This document shows, one piece after another, positions 40,064 through 53,915 of a DNA stretch of 64,000 nt. The number at the start of each line of letters is the position of its first letter. Positions within the stretch are counted from its first letter, which is position 1. Location of the stretch: the NCBI GenBank assembly GCA_964016885.1, contig OZ024741.1:149792001-149856000 (forward strand), read 5' to 3'. The translations under genes and the position numbers were made by a program. This stretch comes from Eledone cirrhosa. Taxonomy: Eukaryota. A model generated the notes under the pieces. That model did not search any database and had not been told where the DNA came from. It saw nothing but the letters and a program-made list of their open reading frames with translations.

Positions 40064-40406
40064 CTCTTTTCCTACTATATCAAGTGTAAAACTAATAATA
40101 TATTTCTTCATTGTACTATGTCATTTGCTTTGTTATTTCTGTTTGATTTTTGCATACATACATATATATGTGTATATATATATATATATACCGTGTAGGT
40201 AACATGGTAAAAACCTCCCAATCCACACTGTAAACGTGGTTGGTGTTAGGAGGGGCATCCAGCCGTAGAAAACCCGCCAGACAGTCCTATGCGAGCAAGA
40301 CAACCACTCTTGCCTCAAGTGGGAAAACTCCTGTCCAAACCCATGCAAGCGTGGAAGATGGACGTTAAACGATGATGATGATAATGATGATGATATATAT
40401 ATATAT

Positions 40407-41717
40407 TGCAGGCAATAAATGAAGAGTTTAAGACCGGATGCCCATGGGAACTCCTGTATGCGGATGATCTCACACTTATAACTGAATCTATGGTGGAACT
40501 AGAGAAGAAATTCCAAACATGGAAGCAGGGACTAGAAAGAAAGGGTCTCAAAGTCAATCTGACAAAGACTAAGGCCCTCGTAAGTAGACGAGAAAACAGA
40601 GTCCAGATCCCCTCAGGGAAATAGCCTTGCTCAGTTTGTAGGAAAGGTGTAGGTAGGAACTCCATTCTCTGCCCCAAATGCAAACAATGGGTACACAAGA
40701 TGTAGTGGGATCTCAGGAAGCTTAGGTAAGAATATAAGCTTTACATGCAGCAACTGCACCGGGACAGCAAGCAGCAAATGGCCGCAGGAAACAAGCACCA
40801 CCAAACTCTGGGAGGGCTCTGTAGAAACAGTAGACAGCTTTTGCTACCTAGGAGACCGAATTAGTGGAGGTGGGTGTTCGGAAAGTACAGTAGCCAGGGT
40901 AAGAATGGGATGGAAGAAGTTCAGGGAGCTACTGTCACTGCTAGCTGCAAAAGGCTTTTCCCTCAAAATGAAAGCAGACTGTATGCGTGCATATGAACAG
41001 CAATGTTACATGGTAGTGAGACCTGGGCGTTGTGTGTAGAAGATTTGCGTAGATTAGAAAGAAATGAAGCTTGCATCATCTAATGGATGTGTAATAGTAA
41101 TATACGTGAACGACAAAGTATAAACGAATTAAGAGAGAGACTGAGCATAAGAGAAATCAAATGCTGTGTGCAGGACAGCAGGTTGCGTTGGTATGGACAT
41201 GTGATATGTATGAAGGATGACAGCTGCATGAAAAGGTGCAGAGCACTAGAAGTTGATGGAATCTGTGGAGTGGGGAGACCCAAGAAGACCTAGGATGAGG
41301 TGATAAAAGCCGACCTTACCCAATTGCACCTCTCAAAGGCGATGACACAGGACCGTGACCTCTGGCATCACACAGTCATACAGAAGACCCGACTTCCCTC
41401 GGGTACAAGCTGAAGCTGAAGCTTATAGACAATATGCCCCCACCCCCTCCCACTTCAAAGTGGTCGTGGAGGTGCCACAGCAAAAAAACACCCAGCCCGC
41501 ACTGTAAAGTGGTCGTGTAGGCGCCACAGAAAAAAAGCACCCAGCACTCACTGTAAATGTTGGTGTTAGGAAGGACATCCCGCTGTAGAAATCAAGTCAA
41601 AATCAGTTCCCGTATGAGCAAGACAAGGTCAGTCAATCGGGCACTGCCCACAACAGGACAACCCATCTAACCAATGTTAGCATGGAAGAATGGGCGTAAA
41701 ACAGTGATGATGATGAT
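40407..41717 (+). pseudogene. 5'-truncated RTE LINE with PHD insert, 3'UTR and (ATG)n tail
   Basis: QAINEEFKTGCPWELLYADD..CSVCRKGVGRNSILCPKCKQWVHK..RLRWYGHV..GRPKKT; several stops. Confidence 0.93.
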
Positions 41718-42061
41718 ATATATATATATATATATATATATAGGTGGTCAAGCTGGTGACACAAAATGTGCTCAGTACACCCTGTGGGGTGGTCGAGCTG
41801 GTGACATGACGGAAAGTGACCAGTACACCCTGTTAAATAGTCATTTTGGTGCCATGAGAAAAAGGACCCTGTCCACATTGTAATATGGTGGACATTAGGA
41901 AGGGCATCCAGCTGTATAAACGAAGCCAAAATACAAATCCGTATGAGCATGACATGGTCTCCAGATCTGACTTGTCTTATAATGCGACAACCCATCTAAC
42001 CCATGCAAGCATGGAAAAATAGACGTTAAATATGAAGTTGATGATGATGATATATATATAT

Positions 42062-44770
42062 TCATCATCAGCATTATTTTTATATCCATTTTTCCATGCT
42101 TGCATGGGTTATACAGGTCCTTTTCAGCACAGCATCTTTCCACTCGCCACGTTCCTTCGTTATAACCTCTGTGAGTCTCTGTGATTTGAGATCAGCTTTC
42201 ACCACCTCTGCCCAAGTCTTCCTTCGTCTACCTCTACTGTGACTTCCTTCCACTGGGATTTCCTGGCACTTTTTCACCCAGCAATCATCATCCATTCGCA
42301 TCACATGTCTGTACCAATGCAGTCTTCTCTCCTACATACCACTTTTGATTACTCTTTAACCCAATTTCTCCCTTAGTTTCTCCAAGCTCTGCCATTCTCT
42401 CACATTTACATTGCACTCCAACGAAGAATGGTAGCTTCATTTCTCTCCAGATTGCGCATTTCCTCTGCAGTCACTGCCAATGTTTCATTATCATGCAGCA
42501 TCATACTTTGCGTACAGGATCTTTCATGTGATTGGAAAAGCTTTATATTACTGATGCTCTTCCTGTCAATTATCCCTGTGCATATTCTACATACAAAGTC
42601 TTCCCTTCCTGTTAATTTATCTGTTATCCCACTTGTGTACCTAAGATTTATATTTTGTACATCATATAGAGTTTATTCCTACTCCTTTTCTATGTATTGA
42701 GCTGGGCCACTTCCCTGGAGGAATCAGTGTCCTATCTTCTTTCCTGCTTTCTAGCACTTCAGTTTTGGCTAAATTTATTCTCAGCCCTTTTGATTCAAAA
42801 TTCAGTTTCCATTGTCGAAACTTATCTCAAGTTCTTTTATGGATTCAGCTACAAGAACCAGATCATCTGCCTTTAAAAGTTCCCATGGACAGTCAGTTTT
42901 AAACTCCTCTGTTATGGCCTGGAAAACTATGATGTGGGCTAAGAACTGAAACTTGATGAACTCCTACCTGTACCTTGAATTCCTTGCTCATTTCCTATTC
43001 TCACTTTACTGACAGCTCCTCTGTACAAGGTACTCCGTCAAAAGCCTTTTTTAGATCAACAAAAGCTAAATACAGTGGCTTATTCTTGCCTAAGAATAGG
43101 CCATCTATAGTACCTTTCCCAGGTTTAAAACTGAACTGCATCTTGTCTAATTTCACTTTTTCTCTAATTATAATTCCTTCTGTCACTTTCATAACTTGGC
43201 CCATTAGTTTTATTCCTTTATAGTTGCTCCTTTCAAGAGCATCACCATTGTAGCAATTTATGATTGTGCTGCTGCACTAGTCATTGGGTATGACTCTGTC
43301 CTGTATTACTTGATTGACTATGCGGCTTACTAGTTTCACTCCTACTTCTCAGCAACTATCTCTGAAAGTCCTGAAGCTTTACCATTCTTCACCTTCTTGA
43401 TTGCTTCTTTGACCCTATAACTAAGCTGGTCTTTCTTTTAGATAAGTTGGAGGTGTCTCTCCTCCTCCTTTTCATTCTCTACATTAATCAGCCTCATATA
43501 GCAATGTTTCTAGGCTTCTTTCTTTTGAGCATCAGTGGTGTTAAATGCATCAGTGTCTAACATACTTTTTTCCCCAAAACATCTCAATTCACACTGATAC
43601 AGCTCCTTGCAATGCAGAACATTTCATGTCTCTGATCCTCATGTTATGACATTAGCAAACTTCCTTTTTCAGCCTCTCTCTGAGCTGTGTATACCTGTTT
43701 TCTAACTTCTCTCTTAGTTACCTGGTACCAGTCTCTGCTACCCATATTTTTTGAGTCTTCCACGCCTGTCTCTTAGCTTTAATGACTTTACTGTGCTGTT
43801 CCACCACCAAGTCACCCTCTGTCTGGCTGGTACTTTACTCCAGCCACATGTCTCATCAATAGTTCACAAAACGTTGTGATGCAAGAATGTCCAATTGTCC
43901 TCTATGTCATATGTATTTGACTCATCTTCCCGCTCCTCAAATGCATCCCATAGGACCTTTCTAAACCTATATTTAACCAAAAGCTCCTTTAACCTCCAAA
44001 CCCTCCATCTCCATGTTTTTCTGCATATCTTGTTCTGTCTTGTGTTTATTTTGATGTCAATAATAACTAACTTGTGTTGGGTGGCACATTCTTCCCCAGG
44101 GAAGGCCTTAGTGATTATTACAGTCTGTTTGTATTGTTGTCTTACAAGTAAGAAATCAATTTGGCTTGTGTGTTCACCTGATTGGTATGTGATCAGATAG
44201 CTAGCCAGTTTCCTAAAATTTGTGTTGCAAATGTTTAGTTCATTTGCATCACAGAATTCCAGGAGTCTCACTCCCTCTTCATTTCTTGAACCATAAACAT
44301 AACCACCATGAACTCCAGTGAATCCATCTTGGTACTGTCCAACATGTCCATTGAAGTCGCCTGCTAAGATTATGAGGTCTCTTTCATCAGTATCTGAAGT
44401 TGTCTGTAAAAGTTCCTCATAGAACTGGTTCTTTAGTTCTTTACTCAGTCCTGCCTGTGGTGCATAGGTAGATGTAATTGTCATCATTCTATTTCTTACA
44501 GCTATTCTAAGCTCAATAATTCTGTCACTTACTCTAACTACTTCTATCACCTTATTTATCCATTTCTCAGCTAGTAGAATACCTACAGCACCTACTCCAC
44601 TGCCATTTTCTACCCAGTAAAATATGTTGTTTTCCTGTGAGTAGTCTCATTGAGGTACCCCCCCTCCATCTCACCTCCTGTACACACCATACACCCACTT
44701 CACTCCTCTCTAATAGTTCCATAATTTCACTTGATTTACTTTTCAGGGTGCCAAAATTGAGAGTGGATGT
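42062..44770 (-). pseudogene. Nearly full-length degraded RTE LINE (AP endonuclease plus RT)
   Basis: TLNFGTL..CVQEVRW; STYAPQ; AGDFNGHVG; ITYQSG..QIDFLL; QHKLV; AFVDLKKAFD; GRRRKTW. Confidence 0.93.
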
Positions 44771-45629
44771 CATATATATATATATATATAATATATACAT
44801 ATCTTTACAAGGGTCGGAGGACCACTTCTCACTCATTTATTCCATTTGTGACATCGTTTCTGTGACTGGATGCCCATCCTAATGCCAACCCAACAACTTT
44901 ACATAGTCTACTGGGGATGATTTATCACAACTAAAGAGTAATCACCATTCTACAATATCATCTCTTGACACCTATACTTATCTTATTTTATGAATTATAT
45001 CACCAGATATTTTTATAGTCTTCCTTGCTTCATCAATTTTTACTTTGTCATCATCATCATCATTTAACATCTATTTAGCAATTGTTTGACAGGTATCATA
45101 GACTGTTTCGGAACTCAAGTGGAGCTACTGACCTTTCAGGTCGGCCATGGGTCCACATCTTGCTTATATGTGTTCCCACACTTTACCAAATGCTGAGAAA
45201 GGATTCGGGGCCCACATCTCACTCGCATACATTCCTGTACTCTACCAAATACATTTTATCAGGGTACCAGCTCTAGGGAAGTTGTCATGCTTTGATACAG
45301 CTGGATAATCCTCATAACTCTTTCTTTGGAAGGCATTTTACAGCCTTTCAAATGCCCGTCCTATCGCCACCCATCTTACAGATTGTACTGGGTGCCTTTA
45401 TCATGTAGATCACTAAGAATAGAGAGGTTGTTGAACCCTTGTCATAACTGAAGAGTCCCCATGACATGGTTTCTAATACCAACCACATTATGGAATGGGA
45501 GTGTCCACTCCAATAATCAAGTAAACAAAGATGAATACATGAAGGATTAGTTTCAAAGATTCTGTAGAAAGAGTTTCACTCTTTTATTTTTATAACATTT
45601 TACCATAGATTAAAGAAACTTTCAATAAC

Positions 45630-45800
45630 AACTAGGTGTAGATGAATGGCATGTGAGACTAGTGCAAGCATGTGCAGTAGAGATGTTAGCAATGTGTTCA
45701 GTAAGGAATTTAGTGTGCAGCTAGGTGTCCGTCAGGTCTTCCTTCTCATTCCCTTCCTCTTTATTTTAGTTCTTGGGCTATAGGCTATAAAACAGGAATT
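45630..45800 (+). pseudogene. Small RTE RT fragment
   Basis: LGVDEWHVRLVQA..EFSVQLGVRQ. Confidence 0.7.
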
Positions 45801-46697
45801 CATTCTTCCTTGATACATGACACAGCCATCTCATTCCATTTCTTTTCACACCATTCATCACTGGCTCATCATGCTCTGCCTCAACTTACTGTCTTAAAAA
45901 GAAAGGGAAGGACACATTGGTCGATATAGTCCTTAATAAATAACAACATAATGTGATATGTAGACTCCTACCACAATACACACAAGGCCACATGGCAAGG
46001 GAACTCTTAATTGAACCCCAGTGCATGGTCGGTATTTGTATTATTGATTTTGGAAAAACTGATAGGCAAACTCAAATTTAGCTGACAAAAAGAGATGTAA
46101 TTAAGCTGATATAATTGATTATACTAGGTCCCCTAAAATGTATGACCTTATGCCTATGTAAGAAATCAATATGATTTGTAGTCAAAATATGTGCAATGGT
46201 GCACTATCGCTGCACATAGCAGTAATTCAGTGCAACCAATGCAGCTAACATGATGAAACATATTATAATGTGGTAGTAGATGTGGTGATTACATACATAT
46301 ATATATATATATGTATACACAGACATATACATACATATACACACAATGCATGTATATTCTTGGAAATATATATTCCATCTCTCTCTCTATATATATACAT
46401 ACATACGTACATACACACACACATATATGTGTGTGTGTAATATGGTTTCGTTTGTGTGCATATATTAATCAACAAAACATAAATGCATGCATGCAACCAT
46501 CAACCATACATACAGATATGCAGCATGGTGCCCCAGCATAACTAGCTGCTGCCACTAATGTGAAACCTGTGTAATGTAATCATTAGAAAATTACAAGTAT
46601 AACTATATCTATGTAAGAGAGGATGGTGGCTAATTTAGCCTGAGATGGTGGGGGCGGGGGTCACAAGACAACAATACGTATGTGTAAATATATACAT

Positions 46698-46817
<120 letters not shown>

Positions 46818-46859
46818 ATAGATAGATAGATAGATAGACATATAAGAAGAGGAGGCAGT

Positions 46860-47190
46860 ATTGCAATGAATATGTAAACCGACCTGCTGGGTGCCGTCCG
46901 AACAAGAGAAGAAAATTCCATGGCTTGTCCAGAGATCGGTGTGGAGTATTCAGCTGGAGAGCAGTTTCCATGGTGTCTATGCAGAGCAGGCTAAGACAAC
47001 AGCAGTCGCTGCAAATTGTGAAAAGCCAGCCAGCTTGGTTTGAGTATTTGACAGAGAGAAACAAGGTGAGTTGTTTTTCAAATAAAGCTGGCTCTGACTC
47101 TGATGTTGAATGGCAACAGCTATGTTGAGCACCTTGGATGGATAGAAAACGGAGACAATTGAAGATATATTGGTTATCAAAACAGAATCA
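46860..47190 (+). pseudogene. Probable degraded mariner transposase fragment
   Basis: RDRCGVF, and PAWFEYLTERNKVSCF resembling WVPHELTE.NK..R; a downstream frameshifted segment resembles TGDEKWI.Y.N. Confidence 0.35.
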
Positions 47191-47389
47191 TTATACCACT
47201 CAGTGACAAATACAAACGCACAGGCACAAACACAAATACACATATTTCATGAAATAAAAGATATACACATAGAGGCACAAAAACACACACACATCTGGTA
47301 AAATAGACACATATATGGAAATATATACATATACATATTTACATGTGTGTCTAAGTCTCTTTATATTTATATATATATGTGTGTGTATT

Positions 47390-47462
<73 letters not shown>

Positions 47463-47487
47463 TTGTTTTTTTCTCTCTCTCTCTCTC

Positions 47488-47571
<84 letters not shown>

Positions 47572-47849
47572 GGTGGCGAATTGGCAGATTTGTTAGAATG
47601 TTGGTTAGAATGTTTTGCAATATTCGTTTCAGCTCTTTGCTATCTGAGTTCAAATCCCACCAAGGTCAACTTTGCCTCTCATCCTTTTTGATGTTGATAA
47701 AAAAAGTACCAGTCTAGTTAGTACTAGGGTCGATTTTTCCTCTATTACTCTTTTTCACTTTCATTCTTTCCTTGTCTTTCTCTAGAAGAATTCTACTGTG
47801 TTTAGACCTGGTGAGGCACCCCTATGACTCCACCTGGAGTTACAGTTCC

Positions 47850-47910
<61 letters not shown>

Positions 47911-48204
47911 CACATTCACACACATATATATAGAAAGAGAGCTTGGATCTGGTAAAGAATTTAGTTTGTAATTGGCTTTGTTTTAATGAGAGTATCAGTT
48001 ACGAGTTTGGCATTTGATGGTCTTATCCACTGGTTGTTTTGTTTATTGTTGGTTTTGTTTTTGCCGAGTATTTTTTATGTATAGGGACATTCAGTTATTA
48101 CATTGAGTTTGTTCTAGGTGCATCTACATTCAGATATATGTACTTGACACTCCTATTTGTTTATTTACATATATGTAAACACACATACACATACATATAT
48201 GTAT

Positions 48205-49437
48205 TTCATCATTAAATGTCCATTTTCTACACTTGCACGGGTTGTCACGTTGTGAGTCAAGTCATGTCTGGAGACCACATCATACTCATACAGATTTGTA
48301 TTTTAGCTTGGTTTCTACAGTTGGATGCTCTTCACAATACCAACCACATTACAGTCTGGACTGCTTTTTATCATGCACCGAAATGAGCACCTTACAGGGT
48401 GCTTTTCATCGTGTCATCAACTCAACTACTTTATAGGGTGAACAGTGCTTTTTTTATGTCACCAACACAACCACCTTACAGGATGAATTAGGTGCTTTTT
48501 CTTGTGTCACCAAGATTGAGGGTATTAAGACTGAGGAGAGTGGTTGGGGGTGGTTGTGGAGAGCGAATTGGGGCTGACTAGTGTGTCCTCTACGTTTGTT
48601 TATTTCATTTTATGCACACGAGGAGGCAGGTTTTCTGCAAAACAGCATGATGCCAGAGATCTCAACCCTGTGTCATCTTTGTGAGGTCTAATTAGGCAGG
48701 GTCAGCTTTTATTACTTCATCCCAAATTTTCCTAGGTCTTCCTCTTCCATAGTGACCATCGCCTTTGAGTGCCCGACACCTTTCTATACAACTGTCATCC
48801 TCCATATGTATCACATGTCCAAACCACTACAATCTTCTCTCCTGTACATTTCATCTATGTGTAGTTTCTCTCTCTCAGTTCATTTGTCATTCATGCACAC
48901 TACTATTACACATCCATCAGAGCATGTAAGCTTCATTTTTTCCCAATCTCTGTAGGTCCTCTGCACATATTGCTCAGGTCTCACTTCCATGCAGCATTGC
49001 TGTTTGTACACAAACTTTATACAATGTACCTTTCATTTTGATCGAAAAAGCTTTTGTAGCTAGCAGCAGTAGTAGCTCCCTGAATTTTTTCCATCCCATT
49101 CTCACTCTGGCTACTATACCTTCAGAACACCCACCTCCACTCATAATTTGGTCTCCTTGGTAACAGAAACTATCTACTACTTCTACTGAGCCTTCTAAGT
49201 ATTTAAAGGAGCTTGTTTCTTATGAATATTTGCTGTTTACTGCTCCTGTACATTGACCACATACAAAACCTACCTTCCTTGCTAGACTGCCTGAGATCCC
49301 ACTACATCTCTCATGTACCCATAGTTTGCATTAGTAACATAGAATGGAATTTCTACCTACTTTCCTGCACACCGAGCAAGGACATTTACCTGAGGGGATC
49401 TGGGCTATGTTTTCCTTTCTGCTTACTACAACTTTAG
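48205..49437 (-). pseudogene. Degraded RTE 3' portion with 3'UTR subrepeats
   Basis: PSGKCPCSVCRKV..FCYQGD..RVRMGWKKFRELL..MLHGSET..GRGRPRKIWDEV. Confidence 0.88.
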
Positions 49438-50394
49438 TCTAATAGGTAGAAAGGAAACATACACTCACACACAGATATATATGTATTTTTATATTATAAT
49501 AATATATATTTCATAAACATTATACTTGTTTTATGATTTGAAAAATACATTTGACTGTTTATTCATAGAACAAAGTGGAAAATCCCTTATACTTATCAGT
49601 GTGTCTGAGACTTGTGGGCAGAAGGGAGAAATTATTCTCAACTGGAGACCTGGCCCAAATATTTGCAACAGAATGGACTCCAGGTGATGAATTAAGATCA
49701 CACTCATGGGTTGGAAAGCTCTGCTCCATTTTCCCATCACATGTGTATCACATTACTTGTCCAGGTGATGAATTAAGTTCACCATTCATGAGTTGGAAGT
49801 TGGGCTCCATCACATACCATATTGCTTCTCCAGGTTTCATGTCATCTCCTTCACTGCGTTCCTCATCCTGAGTTCAGGTTTCATGACTTCCTAGATTTTC
49901 TTCTGCAGGCTCCTTCTATTTTGATGGTTTGGTTCTTCTTCATTTAGCTTTCATTCTTCATTTTTATTTCATGTTTGAATCAGAACAGCCTTCCTTTGTT
50001 CATATGAAAGTTGATTTTTCTAATAATCATTTACTTTTGTCTCATCTCTGTTCCGTTGTTCAAACATGCTATCATTACACATCCAATGGTGCATGCTGGC
50101 CTAATTTTTTTCCAGCCTTCCCTCATTCTTCACATTCAACACCATACATCATTGTATTTCCAACACAATCATCATATGATCTGATCTTTATTTGAAGAGA
50201 GAAATGTTTCATTGTCAACAAAAGTAATGGTTCTCTAAATGTTTTCCTTGCTAACCTAATTCTCTCTTTGACTGTTAATTAAGTGACAGAAGTTGTTCAA
50301 CTACCTATAGCAAGATTTCTGGCTAGTTGAAATATCGCATTCCATGAGTGTTCTTGCTACCAACTACTCCTATGCATCTGTTACACACATAGAT

Positions 50395-51400
50395 CTCTGT
50401 CCTCAGCCTTCCCCTGTTTATTATCTTCCAGGCCATAGCAGCAGCATTTAAAACTGGCTGCTCATTGGAACTTCTTTATGCTGATGATCTAGACCTTATA
50501 GCTAAATCTACAGTAGACATAGAAGCAAAACCTGAAAAGGAAAGGGGTGGGCAGAAATTCCATAAGGTGCACACAATGTGAATTATGATTCACAAGAGAT
50601 GTAGTGGGATTGTAGGCTAATGGAAAAGATAGACTTTATATGTGGCAGATGCACATGGGAAGTAAACACAAAGAACACAAGTGAAATAGATTCCCTCAGC
50701 TGTCATGGGGGCTCCATAGAAGTTGTTGACCCCTTTCACTACCTAGGTGATCAAATTAGTAGTTGGGAGGATGTGCTGAAAGTGTGATACTATGATAAGA
50801 GCAGGCTGGAAGAAGTTTAAAGATCTATTATTGCTGCTAACAACAAAATGCTTTTCTTTCAGAGGGAAGGGTAGACTGTATGATGCTTGTGTGCAAACTG
50901 CAAAGCTACATGACAGTGAAACATGGGCATTGACTGCAGAAGACCTGCAGCGGTTAGAAAGAAATGAGTTGAGTTTGCTCTGATGGATGTGTAATGTTAG
51001 TGTACATGACTGACATAGCATAAGCAAACTGAGGGAAAAACTTAGCATAAGAGGAATTGGATGTAGTGTGCAAGAGAGAAACTTGTATTGGTATGGACAT
51101 GTGATGCACATGGAAGATAGCAGCTGCATACAGAAATGCAGAGAAACCCCAATGGCTGGGACCTGTGGAGGAGGCAGACAAAGGAAGATACGGTATGTGG
51201 TTGTGAAAACAACCTTAAAAATCTAAACCTCACAACAGAAATGATTAAAGACTGCGAGGGTTGGTGCTATGCAGTGCTGAAAAAGATCCGACCTGCAGCA
51301 TACAATGTGACGTGACCTACCCCATTCTTCCACTAGCACTCCAACATCACTACTACAACCCCACTGTGTATCCCCCCCCCCATTCCTAGAGGTTTCCCCC
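50395..51400 (+). pseudogene. Degraded RTE RT 3' half
   Basis: FKTGCSLELLYADD; RAGWKKFKDLL; LHDSETWAL; WYGHVMHM. Confidence 0.88.
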
Positions 51401-51484
51401 TGATCCCTGTGAAGCAGTTGGCGATGTTAAAGGTATTCAGCCGTGAGGAGCCAAACAAACAAAAGGTTGGGGGAACCTTTCAGT

Positions 51485-52460
51485 CATGTGAAGGACATGA
51501 CAGCCTCCCTAGCTAAACTCCTCACTATCATCATTATAGTTTGTCCTGTCCTCACATGCCACTCATCCACCCCTAGTTTCCTAAGTGCCCACCAAATTAC
51601 AAAATGGTGGACCCTGTCTAAAGCTTTCTCCAAGTCAACAAATGTCAAGTAAAGGGGTTTACTTTTTGCTAGATACTTCTCCTGCAGTTGCTTCACAAGA
51701 AAGAGGGCATCCATGTTACTTTTACCTGGCCCAAATCCAAACACATCTAGGCTAACCCTAATCTTTTTGCAACCTTCATGACCTGGTCCATCAACTTGAT
51801 GCGTTGGTAGTTTCCTGTCTAGTGCATCACTTTTGTCCTTGTAGCAACTGATGCAGCTGCTACACCAGTCATTGGGTATAGCACCATTTTGTATTACTTA
51901 GTTTACAATATGAGTGATTAAGGCGTGACCCCCTCCCCCATCCCAGATGCTTTCAGCATCTATTCCCAATGGCCCAGCTGCTTTGCCTGTCTTCGTATCC
52001 TTAATTGCTTTACTTACTATGTTGCTGCTGGCTTGAATAGCTGGTCCATCTGTTGAGTCTACTTGGGGCAAGCTATCTTCCTCCCATGCATTCTCCTCAT
52101 TCATCAGTCTCTCATAATGACACTTTCATGCTGTTTTCTTTTCGGCGTCAGCGAGGGCAAGTGCACCATTGTCATCTCGGACACTTTCCCTGACACACTG
52201 CCTAGTGATCCTGACCACTTCACATCTTTGGTCCTCTCGTTGGATATCATGCATAAACTTTTTATTTTCTGTTTCTCTTCTTGCTTATCCTCTTGGTAAT
52301 GTTTACTGCTTCCTCCATTTTACCACTCTTTCTATGCCTGTCTCTTAACCTTAATTGTTTCATCCACCCTATTCCACCACCAAGTGACTTTCCTATTCTC
52401 TACTCTAGCCACATACTCCATTTGTGGTCTTCAATAGATTATCTCTCAGTAACTCCCACT
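51485..52460 (-). pseudogene. Degraded RTE linker and RT 5' half
   Basis: MNEENAW; KTGKAAGPLGI; FGFGPGKSNMDALFLVKQLQEKY..FVDLEKALDRV..LRKLGVDEW. Confidence 0.88.
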
Positions 52461-53084
52461 ATATATATATATATATGTGTGTGTGTGTATGTATACATGA
52501 CTGTCAATTCTAAAGGAAATAAAGTCGACTTCAAATGAAAGAAAGAGAGAAATGATGAGAATCGTCTGCTAAGACGGATTAAATATAGCGCGACTGCCGC
52601 AGTAAGGCTTGAAGGTGAAGGACAAAGGAGCAACACGGGAAGGTAATGAAAAAGAAACGCCGAGAAAAGCTGCGGTGGCGGCTTTCTATCATCATTTCAA
52701 AAACGTGATCACTTACCTAACTAGAAATAGCAACTAAATTTTCCTCAAATCACCCAGTGCCGTCTTCAACGAGAATGCACACATTGGATAATGCAGCCCC
52801 GGATGTCTGGTTACGGTTGGAATTTCGTTTAATCATAGGTCGATGTATCTATCTGTCTATCTATTTATATAACTATTCGTCTTTCTAGCCGAGTCAATTT
52901 ACCTCTAGCTATATAACTACCCACCTGCATAATCTATCTATCTATTTTAGCCGGACAATTTCTCCCTCTTTCATTATATGTATGTATGTATATGTGTGCG
53001 CGAAAAATAAACGTAAAACAAAGCAAACAAAACAGTTCAGTGAAGATACATATTAGTTTAACGCTTGATATAGTAGGAAAAGAG

Positions 53085-53120
53085 TTTTAATGTTTCCGAC
53101 GCTAATCCATCATCAGAAGA
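53085..53120 (-). ncRNA. Degenerate hammerhead motif, Penelope-like fragment 53041-53160
   Basis: CTGATGA-TGGATTAGCGTCG-GAAA-CATTA; flanks match 40018-40100. Confidence 0.5.
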
Positions 53121-53419
53121 TAGAATGAGAAATGAAAGAAATAGAAAGATAGAGGAGAGTGAGAAGTGGGAAAAAAAAAGATTGGGGCAGAAAAAGTTTA
53201 TATATATAATGTTGACCCATAAGTTGATCGGATCAGTTCGCCTTTAGATCTAACGAGAGGCATTCAAAACGGGACCACTCAGTTTTTTTTGTATGTGGGA
53301 GAGTACATTTTATCCAATGTGGTCTTCTTTTTTTTAAAAAAAGATTTACTGCTATTCGTCGAACTTTTGTGTATAAAGTATAAATATAAATTATACATAA
53401 ACGGTTAATTCGAATTTAC

Positions 53420-53494
53420 CCATTGCCTCACTTTTTTCTACAAATTCTTTGGAGCTATGTCCGCTGATTATCATCATCTTTGGTGGTTCCTTGA
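53420..53494 (-). CDS. Coding exon 5 of unknown gene: (I)KEPPKMMIISGHSSKEFVEKSEAM
   Basis: Acceptor gttgttacacag, donor gtaaat, 75 nt, phase 1-1, open in the required frame. Confidence 0.65.
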
Positions 53495-53740
53495 CTGTGT
53501 AACAACTTACCTAGTATGTTTGTAATTTTCTTGTTCATATGACAGGAGGCTGTGTGAAAGTATATTAAAAAAAATAAACCTATTAAAAAAGTAACTAAAA
53601 AAAAAACCTTTATACAAACAACTGTCTGAATTTTATTTACATAATGTATATGATTTACAAAAGAAACAAATCAATAAAATTAATCGGAGAGAAAAAGGAA
53701 AGAAAATATAAACGGAATACATGCACACTCAATTACGCAC

Positions 53741-53915
53741 TACAACAGGGAATGTTGGTGTTTCCCTCTAAAATTGCCACAGGTGATAGTGAGGCTAAGG
53801 TGCCGGAATAGCTAAGCACCGCTCTAGGAACATCATCTGATACTTCAGTAAGGCGAGTCGCCAACAATAAGAGCCTCGTTGTCAGCGGTCTAGCTCCCGA
53901 ATTTCTCGAATGCCG
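53741..53915 (-). CDS. Coding exon 4 of unknown gene: RHSRNSGARP..AILEGNTNIPCC
   Basis: Acceptor ttttttcaaccag, donor gtgcgt, 175 nt, phase 0-1; the other two frames are closed. Confidence 0.72.

Noticed and set aside
46925-47128. Plus-strand exon candidate ending AAG|gtgagt
   Set aside because: No good acceptor; better explained as a mariner relic
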